From NCBI GenBank assembly GCA_050261575.1, contig JBLNDL010000042.1, forward strand, positions 1 to 64,000: DNA of 64,000 bases, written 5' to 3'. A program made the position numbers and the translations under genes. Shown here piece by piece: positions 54,576 through 64,000 of this stretch (within the stretch, counting starts at the first letter, position 1; each line of letters starts with the position of its first letter). The notes beneath the pieces are model-generated. The model did not search any database and was not told the origin of the DNA. It saw nothing but the letters and a program-made list of their open reading frames with translations. This DNA is from Sphingomonadaceae bacterium. GTDB lineage: Bacteria; Chloroflexota; UBA6077.

Positions 54576-55751
54576 CTAGTTCCTTTTATAGTTCTGCGCC
54601 AGCGCCAGGCATTCCCTCCGCGCCCAGGAATCGACCTCGAGGACGACCTCCAGGCTATCAATCGCCACGGGCTCGTGGCGCGACAACACCTCTTCCACCA
54701 GGGAAGGGATCGCACCGAACGGGATCTCCTCTGCCAGGAAGAGGTCCACTGCGCATTCGTTGGCCACGCTCAGGGCGGCCGGATAGCTGGCGTCGCGCCA
54801 GGCCGCGTCTAGCGCCAGTCGCAAACAAGGATACCTCTTGAAGTCGATTTCCTCAAAGGTCAGCGAGCCCACTTTCGAGAGGTCCAGAGGCTCCACCTTG
54901 GTCTCGAGCCGCTGCGGGTAGGCCAGCGCGTACTGGATCGGCAAGTGCATGTCGGGCGATCCCAACTGCGCCTTCACAGATCCGTCCACGAACTCCACCA
55001 TCGAGTGGACGATGCTCTCCCGATGGAGGAGTATCCTGATCCGGTCGAGAGGGAGGCCGAACAGCCAGTACGCCTCTATGACCTCCAACCCCTTATTCAT
55101 CAAGGTGGCAGAGTCGACTGTCACCTTGGGTCCCATCTGCCACGTAGGGTGGTTCAGAACCTGTGCGGGCGTGACGCCCTCGAGTTCCCCCAGCGGCAGA
55201 TCGCGCAACGCACCGCCAGAGGCGGTGAGGATGAGGGACCGAACCGTGGCCCGCCACTCCGGCAGCTCACCCTCGCCTCTCAAGCACTGCCAGATGGCGC
55301 TGTGCTCACTATCGATTGGCAGAATCCGGGCCCCAGAGCGGCGGGCTCGCTCCGTGACGAGTCTTCCGGCCATCACCAGGGATTCCTTGTTTGCCAGGGC
55401 GACGCTCTTGCCCTTCTCGACGGCAGCGAGGGTTGGGCTCACCCCCGAGCCTCCCGCCGTGGCGACCACCACGAGATCGGCATCGGGTTCGGTCGCCAAC
55501 TCGATCAGCCCTTCTATGCCACGGCGCAGGCTGGAGGGCCAACCGGTAGCCTCTCGTTCGGTGGCCGTTCCCACTGCAGCCAGCCGCGGCCGGAACTCCT
55601 CTAGCTGTGCCCTGAAGGACTCGCTCCAGTGTCCGGCAGCCAGCCCCACCACCTGGAAGTGGTCGGGGTGCCATCGAACCACGTCGAGGGTTTGCCGGCC
55701 TATCGATCCCGTGCTGCCTAGCACGACTATTCGTTTGGGTCTCGGACTCAT
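54576..55751 (-). CDS. dxr: 1-deoxy-D-xylulose-5-phosphate reductoisomerase
   Basis: LGSTGSIG, LANKES, PIDSEH, DSATLMNKGLE. Confidence 0.97.
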   Translation of the reverse strand: MSPRPKRIVVLGSTGSIGRQTLDVVRWHPDHFQVVGLAAGHWSESFRAQLEEFRPRLAAVGTATEREATGWPSSLRRGIEGLIELATEPDADLVVVATAGGSGVSPTLAAVEKGKSVALANKESLVMAGRLVTERARRSGARILPIDSEHSAIWQCLRGEGELPEWRATVRSLILTASGGALRDLPLGELEGVTPAQVLNHPTWQMGPKVTVDSATLMNKGLEVIEAYWLFGLPLDRIRILLHRESIVHSMVEFVDGSVKAQLGSPDMHLPIQYALAYPQRLETKVEPLDLSKVGSLTFEEIDFKRYPCLRLALDAAWRDASYPAALSVANECAVDLFLAEEIPFGAIPSLVEEVLSRHEPVAIDSLEVVLEVDSWARRECLALAQNYKRN

Positions 55752-56545
55752 GGTGTCGTACCTACCCAAATGGCCCAGTAGTACGCCAGCACCCCCACGA
55801 ACAGCAGGCTATCCATTCGGTCCAGCAACCCGCCGTGACCCGGAATCAGGTGGCTGGCATCCTTGGTGCGCAACTGTCGCTTCATGAGGGACTCCGCGAG
55901 GTCCCCGGCCTCCGCCGCCATCGCCGCTATCACCGAGAAGGCCAGCAGACGAAGTACGTCCAAGCCAAAGAGCCAGGCCAGCAACGCCCCACACGCCACT
56001 CCCGCGATGAAGCCAGCGACCGCGCCCTCAACGGTCTTGCGTGGACTGATGCGAGCGAAGAACCTTCGTCTTCCGAACGCATGCCCCACGAAGTACGCCG
56101 CGATGTCGGTAGCCCAGGTCACTCCGACCACGAGCAGGACCCACCGCTCGCCCGACGGCAGCAGCCGAAGCGACACCCAGTAGGCGCCGAGAAACGCCAC
56201 GTAGAGGGGCGGCACCCAGGTAAGAGCCCAGTCGACCAACACCGTGTCCAGGCGTTGGCGGCCAACCAGCCACAGCAGGGAAACCAGCAGGGAGAAAGCC
56301 AGGAAGACCGGAGCTATGCGTCCTGGCAGCAGGTAGGCATCCAGCAAGAAGCCGATGCTCAAGAGGAACCCGAACGGGACCAGGGGGGAGTGGCCGGCCC
56401 GTCGCAGCAAGGAGTAGAACTCCCAGTTGGCGATCAGCACCACCACCGCGGAGACCGCGGCGAACCACTCCGCGCCGAGGACGATTGCGATGATGACCAG
56501 AGGCGCGAGCACCAGGGCACTCAGGACCCGCTGAACCAGCAATTC
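55748..56545 (-). CDS. cdsA: Phosphatidate cytidylyltransferase
   Basis: ISPRKTVEG, GDLAES.MKR, PGHGGLLDR.D; start approximate. Confidence 0.93.
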   Translation of the reverse strand, partial: ELLVQRVLSALVLAPLVIIAIVLGAEWFAAVSAVVVLIANWEFYSLLRRAGHSPLVPFGFLLSIGFLLDAYLLPGRIAPVFLAFSLLVSLLWLVGRQRLDTVLVDWALTWVPPLYVAFLGAYWVSLRLLPSGERWVLLVVGVTWATDIAAYFVGHAFGRRRFFARISPRKTVEGAVAGFIAGVACGALLAWLFGLDVLRLLAFSVIAAMAAEAGDLAESLMKRQLRTKDASHLIPGHGGLLDRMDSLLFVGVLAYYWAIWVGTTP

Positions 56546-56625
56546 AGTCTCCCACAACGAGTGATGAGCAACGAGCGATGAGTAACGAGGACACTCATCA
56601 CTCATTACCCGTCAGTCGTCACTCA

Positions 56626-57366
56626 TTACTGGCTTAGTGCCCCGAACTTTCGCCGTCTTCGTCCGTATTCCAGTATCGCCTCGTGGAACTGCTCCTTGCC
56701 GAAATCGGGCCAAAGGGTCGGCGTGGACCAGTACTCGGCGTAGGCCGCCTGCCAGATCAGGAAGTTGCTGAGCCGCATCTCTCCGGCGGTGCGGATGATC
56801 AGGTCTGGGTCCGGGGCTCCACTCGTGTACAGCCTGGAAGCGAACAGATCCTCGGTGATCTGATCCGGGTCTATCCCCTCCCGGACGAGCCGTCGCGCGG
56901 CCTCCACGATCTCCGCTCGGCCGCCGTAATTGAAGGCCACGTTGACGACGATGCGGTCGTTATTGCGGGTCAGATCCACCGCGTACCGGATCCGCTCGAG
57001 GACGTGACTATCGAGCCCTTCGCTGCTGCCCAGGTGGCGAAGCTGTACACCGTTCCGGTTCAGGGCTGCGGCCTCGCGATCGATGACGTTCAGCAGCAGG
57101 CTCATCAGCCCCCGCACCTCCTCCCTGGGTCTCTTCCAGTTCTCGGTGGAGAAGGCGTAAAGGGTCAGGATCTTCACGTTGTGCTCGACAGCGGTCTCGA
57201 TGATCCGTCGGATGTTCTCGGTGCCGGCCTTGTGTCCTGCCTGCCTAGGCAGCCCACGCTGCCGGGCCCAACGACCGTTGCCGTCCATGATGATGGCAAC
57301 GTGGGTCGGGACCTTCTCGGGCACCACGCTCTCCGTCGCACCCGAGCCCGATGGGGCAGTGGTCAT
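56626..57366 (-). CDS. uppS: Isoprenyl (undecaprenyl-PP synthase) transferase
   Basis: [28 protein letters not shown]. Confidence 0.96.
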   Translation of the reverse strand: MTTAPSGSGATESVVPEKVPTHVAIIMDGNGRWARQRGLPRQAGHKAGTENIRRIIETAVEHNVKILTLYAFSTENWKRPREEVRGLMSLLLNVIDREAAALNRNGVQLRHLGSSEGLDSHVLERIRYAVDLTRNNDRIVVNVAFNYGGRAEIVEAARRLVREGIDPDQITEDLFASRLYTSGAPDPDLIIRTAGEMRLSNFLIWQAAYAEYWSTPTLWPDFGKEQFHEAILEYGRRRRKFGALSQ

Positions 57367-57379
57367 GTCCTGCTCTTTT

Positions 57380-57946
57380 CTAGAACTCCATGATCTCCTG
57401 CTCCTTGTGCTGGCCCACCTCATCCGCCTTCGAGATGTAGCTGTCGGTCAGCTTCTGGAGCCGCTCCTGCCCGCGCTTCAGGTCGTCCTCGGAGATCAGC
57501 TTGTCCTTCTCAGCCTTCTTCAGTTCCTCGAGGGCATCTCGACGCAGGTTGCGCAGGGCAACCCGCCCCTCCTCCGTCCTCTTCTTGACTATCTTGGTCA
57601 TCTCCCGCCGCCGCTCCTCCGTGAGCTGCGGGATGGCCAGCCGGATTACCTTCCCATCGTTCGTGGGGGTGAGCCCCAGGTCCGACTTCAGGATGGCCTT
57701 CTCGATCGCGCCCAACGTGCTCTTGTCCCACGGCGCGATGACCAGCAAGCGGGGCTCGGGAGCACTGATGTTGGCCAAAGCGTTGATCTGCGTCGGAACC
57801 CCGAAGTAGTCCACGGTGACTCTGTCCAACAGACTGGGAGATGCCCTCCCTGTCCTGACCGAGGCAAGTTCCCGCTTCAGGTTCTCGATCGCCTTCTGCA
57901 TCTTCGACTCGAGCCTGGTCAGAATGTCGTTCACTTTGTCAGACAT
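57380..57946 (-). CDS. frr: Ribosome recycling factor
   Basis: VRTGRA, LTEERR, RNLRRD. Confidence 0.97.
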   Translation of the reverse strand: MSDKVNDILTRLESKMQKAIENLKRELASVRTGRASPSLLDRVTVDYFGVPTQINALANISAPEPRLLVIAPWDKSTLGAIEKAILKSDLGLTPTNDGKVIRLAIPQLTEERRREMTKIVKKRTEEGRVALRNLRRDALEELKKAEKDKLISEDDLKRGQERLQKLTDSYISKADEVGQHKEQEIMEF

Positions 57947-57976
57947 CGTAGGTGACCTTTCTCGACTGAACGGGTT

Positions 57977-59237
<1,261 letters not shown>

Positions 59238-59373
59238 CTACCGTCCTCCTGTCTGCCCTGTGGTCCCTGGCTCTGACTCGTAACCGCTCCGATGCGCACG
59301 CGGGGACGAGTCTCGCCGCCTTTGAGCAGAGACCGCGCCCCCACGTCGTCGTGGCCAGTGATTCTCTACTTCT

Positions 59374-60321
59374 CTACTTCTCTTCCTCTTCGGCCGCGCC
59401 CTCGGCAGTCTCCGCAGCCTCGTCGGGGGTCTCGGGAGCCTCCGCGGCTTCGGGCTTGGCCTCCTCCTCGGCTGCCGGCGCTGGCTGCTCCGTGGCCGGT
59501 GCCGCCTGCTCGGCTGCCATCATCTCCATCTCAGGCATCTCGACGAAGGGTTTGGCTTCCTCGCCCTCCTCGACCGCTTCACCCTCTGCCGCGGCCATCT
59601 CCGCCTCAGCCTCAGCCTTGGAGAGCTCCGCCTCCCGCTTCTGCAGCCCCTCAAGCACAGCGTCCGCGATCTTGCCGGTGAGCAGGCGTATGGCGCGGAT
59701 GGCGTCGTCGTTGGATGGGATCGGGTAGTCGATGATGTCCGGATTGCAGTTGGTGTCCACCATGGCGACTATCGGCAGCTCGAGCCGGCGCGCCTCCGCG
59801 ACGGCGATCGTCTCGCGGTTCGGGTCGACGATGAAAACCGCGTCGGGAAGCTTGGATAGGGTCTTCATGCCGCCCAACAGCCGGTTGAGCCTGGTGATCT
59901 CTTCCTCGAGGGCGTTGGCCTCGGTCTTGGGAAGCCGCTCGAAGTCGCCGCGATCCTTCATCGCCTCGAGTTCCGCCAGCCGCCGAATCCGGCTCTGGAT
60001 GGTCTGGAAGTTCGTGAGCATCCCGCCCATCCACCGCTGGTTCACCCAGGGCATGTTGCAGCGAGATGCTTCCTGCTCGATCGTCTCCTGGGCCTGCTTC
60101 TTGGTACCCACGAAGAGCAGGACGCCGCCGCCTGCCGCCAGATCGCGGACGAAGTTCATCGCTTCGGATAGACGGCCAACAGTCTGCTGAAGGTCGATGA
60201 TGTGGATGCCGTTGCGCTCGGTGAAGATGAAGGGCTTCATCTTCGGGTCCCACCTGCGGGTTTGATGCCCGAAGTGAACACCCGCCTCAAGGAGCGTCTT
60301 CATGGATACTGGGGCTGGCAT
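59374..60321 (-). CDS. rpsB: 30S ribosomal protein S2 with acidic C-terminal tail
   Basis: [25 protein letters not shown]. Confidence 0.97.
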   Translation of the reverse strand: MPAPVSMKTLLEAGVHFGHQTRRWDPKMKPFIFTERNGIHIIDLQQTVGRLSEAMNFVRDLAAGGGVLLFVGTKKQAQETIEQEASRCNMPWVNQRWMGGMLTNFQTIQSRIRRLAELEAMKDRGDFERLPKTEANALEEEITRLNRLLGGMKTLSKLPDAVFIVDPNRETIAVAEARRLELPIVAMVDTNCNPDIIDYPIPSNDDAIRAIRLLTGKIADAVLEGLQKREAELSKAEAEAEMAAAEGEAVEEGEEAKPFVEMPEMEMMAAEQAAPATEQPAPAAEEEAKPEAAEAPETPDEAAETAEGAAEEEEK

Positions 60322-60574
60322 AGGGATGTCTGTTCCTCCGTTCTCTCTTCCGCTACCTTCCACCCGGCGAAGAGCCGACGGGCATCAACCGTCAGGCACG
60401 GCTCCGCAGGTCCGGTAGCGTGACAAATAATATGGGCGCGCTCGCCCTGAGGGCATTCTAGCACGCCCACGGCCGCAGCGGCAACTTCGCCTTCGGCCAT
60501 CGGCTTTCAGCGGTCAGCGGTCAGCCGATGCCCCGGGCGAATTGGTCGTGGTGGGGCGGGGTAACGGATCCCTG

Positions 60575-62092
60575 TCAGAGGATATACCGGCTCAGGTCCT
60601 CGTCGCTCACGATCCTCTCCATCCGGCGCCGCACGTAGGCGGCGTCGATCTCCACCACCTTGCCCTTCATCGAGGGCGCACTGAACGAGATCTCTTCCAG
60701 GACGTACTCCATGATCGTCTGCAGCCGCCGTGCCCCGATGTCCTCCATCTGCCGGTTCATCCGCACGGCCATCTCGGCTATCTCGGCGACCGCGTCGTCG
60801 GTGAAGCGCAGATCGACCCCCTCCGTGGCCAGGAGCGCGGTGTACTGCCTGACGAGGGAGTTCCTTGGCTGCGTCAGGATCTGGATGAGATCCTGCAGGC
60901 TGAGGCTCCTCAACTCGACGCGAAGGGGGAATCGCCCCTGCAACTCCGGGATGAGATCGGAGGGCTTCGACTTGCTGAAGCTGCCGGCCGCGATGAACAG
61001 TACGTGATCGCTCTTCACGGGGCCGAACCGGGTCATCACCGTGCTGCCCTCGATGATCGGGAGAAGGTCCCGCTGGACCCCCTCCCCGGAGATGTCCGAC
61101 CCGATCTCCATGCCGGAACCCGCGATTTTGTCTATCTCGTCGATGAACACGATGCCGCTTTGTTCGGCCTGCTGGATGGCCTGGTCCACGATGCCGTCGT
61201 AGTCGACCAGCTTGTTGGCCTCTTCCCTCGTGAGGATGCGGCGCGCATCCCGGACCGACACCTTCTTCGACTTTCGGCGCGAGGTCGTGTAGTTCTCTAT
61301 GAACTCCCTGATCCCCTCGTTGACCTCTTCCTGGCTCATGCCGGTGGAGAACTCCCAGACCGACTCGTAGCTGTCGTTTTCCGCCGACACCTCGATCTCG
61401 ATTATGGTGTCCTCTAGCCGTCGACTGCGAAGCAGCCTGGCAAGTCGGGATCTGAGCCGGTTCGATGTGTCCGGGTCCGAAGCATTTGCCTCAGCCGAGC
61501 CAGGGCCAGATTGCTCCTCCTTCGACACCTCCGCGGACGTCGCGGTCTGGGGCTTCCCCGCTGCCACCGCGGACGCCATCTGTCCTCGCCTGAGCCCCTT
61601 CCTCTTCGGATTCGCGGGCACCTGCTGGCACAGGTAGTCGATGATTCGCTCGTTCGCGAGCTTCTCGGCCTCCGACTGCACCTCTTGCAGCTTCTGCTCG
61701 GACAGCCGGTTGACCGCAGCCTCCACCAGATCCTGCAGGATGCTCTCCACATCCTTGCCCACGTACCCAACTTCAGTGAACCGGGTGGCCTCCACCTTCA
61801 CGAACGGGGCTCCGGCCAGCGCGGCGACGCGACGAGCTATCTCGGTCTTGCCCACTCCTGTCGCGCCGATCATCAAGATATTCTTCGGAGCTACGTCCTC
61901 CCTCACTTCGGAAGCCAGCAATCGGCGACGGTAGCGGTTTCGCAGGGCGATGGCCACCGCCTTCTTCGCCTCCTGCTGCCCCACGATGTATTCGTCCAAC
62001 TGCTCGACGACCTGAGCCGGGGTGAGATCTTCCATTTGTCGAGCCTCGTGAGCGAGAGTTTCCTTCGGTTCGGCAGGGGATACTTGAGTCAT
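60575..62092 (-). CDS. hslU: ATP-dependent protease ATPase subunit HslU
   Basis: [36 protein letters not shown]. Confidence 0.96.
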   Translation of the reverse strand: MTQVSPAEPKETLAHEARQMEDLTPAQVVEQLDEYIVGQQEAKKAVAIALRNRYRRRLLASEVREDVAPKNILMIGATGVGKTEIARRVAALAGAPFVKVEATRFTEVGYVGKDVESILQDLVEAAVNRLSEQKLQEVQSEAEKLANERIIDYLCQQVPANPKRKGLRRGQMASAVAAGKPQTATSAEVSKEEQSGPGSAEANASDPDTSNRLRSRLARLLRSRRLEDTIIEIEVSAENDSYESVWEFSTGMSQEEVNEGIREFIENYTTSRRKSKKVSVRDARRILTREEANKLVDYDGIVDQAIQQAEQSGIVFIDEIDKIAGSGMEIGSDISGEGVQRDLLPIIEGSTVMTRFGPVKSDHVLFIAAGSFSKSKPSDLIPELQGRFPLRVELRSLSLQDLIQILTQPRNSLVRQYTALLATEGVDLRFTDDAVAEIAEMAVRMNRQMEDIGARRLQTIMEYVLEEISFSAPSMKGKVVEIDAAYVRRRMERIVSDEDLSRYIL

Positions 62093-62643
62093 GGCTCGAG
62101 GACGTCCACGGTGATGGAGGTGTTGGTAAAGATGCACAGGCCGGCAGCGATCTCCAGCGCGGTCCGAGCGATCTCGGCTGCGGACAATCCGCTGTGCTGC
62201 AGTAGCGCGATCGCCGCGGCCTGGGCGTAGGCGCCACCCGAACCTATGGCGACTATCCCCATGTCGGGCTCGATGACCTCCCCGTCGCCGGACACCAGCA
62301 ACAGGTCATGGGCATCGGCGACTATCAACTGGGCTTCCAACCGCCGGAGGTACTTGTCTGTGCGCCACTCCTTGGCGACCTCGACCGCTGCCTTTCGCAG
62401 GTTGCCGGCATGCTGCTCGAGTCGAGCTTCGAAGCGCTCGAAGAGGGTAATCGCGTCAGCCACGGCTCCCGCGAAGCCTCCCAGAACCCTCCCTCCGTAG
62501 AGCCGCCTCGTCTTCCGGGCGGTATGCTTCATCACCACGTCACCCACCGTGATCTGCCCGTCAGCGGCGATCGCGACTGTGCCGTCCCGCCTCACCGCAA
62601 GCACGGTGGTTCCGTGCATCTTGCTGTCCTGCACTGTCTTCAC
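62089..62643 (-). CDS. hslV: ATP-dependent protease subunit HslV
   Basis: [29 protein letters not shown]. Confidence 0.96.
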   Translation of the reverse strand: MKTVQDSKMHGTTVLAVRRDGTVAIAADGQITVGDVVMKHTARKTRRLYGGRVLGGFAGAVADAITLFERFEARLEQHAGNLRKAAVEVAKEWRTDKYLRRLEAQLIVADAHDLLLVSGDGEVIEPDMGIVAIGSGGAYAQAAAIALLQHSGLSAAEIARTALEIAAGLCIFTNTSITVDVLEP

Positions 62644-62686
62644 CTATGTGAACTGGGTGGTCCATTCAACAGCCCAACGGTGCAGC

Positions 62687-62774
62687 GTAGCCGCAGGCTT
62701 TAGACTGCGCGTCTCTCGTTGTGAGCGGCAAGAGGGCCGCGCGAGACCACGCGCACTCTAAAGCCTGCGGCTAC
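62687..62774. repeat. GTAG-type REP doublet
   Basis: GTAGCCGCAGGCTTTAGACTGCG ... CGCACTCTAAAGCCTGCGGCTAC. Confidence 0.75.
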
Positions 62775-62899
62775 CATCGTGAACACCATTCGCTGAATGC
62801 ACCACGTAGAGCGAAACTCGCTGCCTGAAGCGGCATTATAGCACACGGTTTGGTCCCTCCCCTGGAGCCGGTGCCATCGGCAGGGCAGGCGCGCTCCTC

Positions 62900-63991
62900 T
62901 CAGCGGCTGTACGTGGCCACGTTGGCGTTGTGCTCGTCCAGCGTTGCCGCGAAGGCGTGGGAGCCGTCGGGCTTCGCTACGAAGTAGAGAAAGTCGGTGC
63001 TCTCAGGCTCGACGGCCGCCCGAAGTGACGCCAGCCCTGGGTTGCAGATGGGTCCGGCCGGCAGGCCGGGGTACCGGTAGGTGTTGTAAGGAGAGTCTAT
63101 CTCCAGATCCTGGACGGTCAACTCCCTCTTCCACCATCCGTGCTCCGCCCGAGACTGCGGATCGGCAGTGGCCAGGGCGTACTGGACGGTGGGATCCGAT
63201 TGCAGCGGCATTCCCTCCCGAAGCCGGTTGAAGAACACCCCTGCCATCAGCGGCCGCTCCGAGGGGATCACCGCCTCTCGCTCGATCACCGACGCCAGGA
63301 TGACGATCTGGTGGATCGTCATCCCCAGGCGATCCGCCTTCTCCCTCATCTCCGGGGTGAACTGCGACTCGAACTGCTCCACCATCCGGGCGACCATGCT
63401 CTCCGGCGTCGTCTTGTTGTCGATCGCGTAGGTCTCCGGAAACAGGTAGCCCTCCAGGCTGGCGCCGGGAGGGAGCCCAGCGAGCGCGGGAGAGGTGGAC
63501 TTCCCCTGCCGCACGACCGCCATGAACTGCTCCGCGCTGCCGATGCCCCTCGCGGCCATCCTCTCGGCGATCTCCTCGGCCCTCCAGCCCTCGGGCACGG
63601 TGACCAGAGGGGTTGGCCTGGTCTCCCCCGCGGCGATCCTCGCCAGGATCTCGCTGGGCTTCATTCCTGCTGATAACTCGTACTCACCAGCAGCCAAGTC
63701 CCCCGCGACTCCCCTCAGATCGGCCATGTATCTGAAGACTCGGGCGTCCCTTATCAGGCCTTCCGATTGGAGCCGCTCCCCTATCGTCGAGGCCGTCTCC
63801 CCGTTTTGCACCACGAAGACCCGTGCCGAGGTGTCGCCCGAGACGGCCGGCTCGTCGAGTCTGGACAATAGTTCATTCAACAGAGGCTCGGGATCCCTCA
63901 CCAGGTTCCATCCGACCGCCACGACGGTGGCAACGATCACCAAACCCGCCAGCACGGCCGAAAGCCTCAGCACCCACCTGACATCAGGCAT
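62900..63991 (-). CDS. mltG: Endolytic transglycosylase MltG
   Basis: VPEG, LEGYLFPETY, ASVIERE, LQSDPT, SPYNTY, PICNPG. Confidence 0.95.
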   Translation of the reverse strand: MPDVRWVLRLSAVLAGLVIVATVVAVGWNLVRDPEPLLNELLSRLDEPAVSGDTSARVFVVQNGETASTIGERLQSEGLIRDARVFRYMADLRGVAGDLAAGEYELSAGMKPSEILARIAAGETRPTPLVTVPEGWRAEEIAERMAARGIGSAEQFMAVVRQGKSTSPALAGLPPGASLEGYLFPETYAIDNKTTPESMVARMVEQFESQFTPEMREKADRLGMTIHQIVILASVIEREAVIPSERPLMAGVFFNRLREGMPLQSDPTVQYALATADPQSRAEHGWWKRELTVQDLEIDSPYNTYRYPGLPAGPICNPGLASLRAAVEPESTDFLYFVAKPDGSHAFAATLDEHNANVATYSR

Positions 63992-64000
63992 GACCCCCCC

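Noticed and set aside
60325..60430. rpsB leader regulatory RNA
   Set aside because: Plausible from position and stems, but I could not match a consensus well enough to call it.

Overview
Bases ~256-32051 are a ~31.8 kb provirus integrated at the 3' end of a tRNA-Glu(CTC) gene. Bases ~32.1-64 kb are ordinary chromosome of a high-GC bacterium, probably Chloroflexota (inferred). The provirus has no recognisable terminase, portal, HK97 capsid or tail genes. It instead encodes a 347-aa protein resembling STIV-type double jelly-roll capsid proteins, an FtsK/HerA-type packaging ATPase, many small membrane proteins, a membrane-anchored transglycosylase, a beta-helix spike, a P4/D5-type primase-helicase and a holin/amidase lysis cassette. 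This points to a tailless, membrane-containing varidnavirus. The att sites can be rebuilt from sequence and fit the large serine integrase at the right end; integration swaps that integrase's C-terminus. Other notable provirus features: basic proteins punctuated by an NP motif; two putative RNases each paired with a small structured RNA; a ParB/HEPN-like plus adenine methylase pair; an SOS-box-controlled ImmA/IrrE homologue lacking its catalytic motif; and a secreted protease sharing a domain with the endolysin. The host part carries a Mn riboswitch-mntP, tatA, mobAB, lepB, T-box-ilvB, metH, tRNA-Lys, an accD-accA fusion, suhB, miaB, dtd, pcm, the rpsB-tsf-pyrH-frr-uppS-cdsA-dxr-rseP cluster, hslVU and mltG. 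All family assignments are by motif recognition only; no searches were run.
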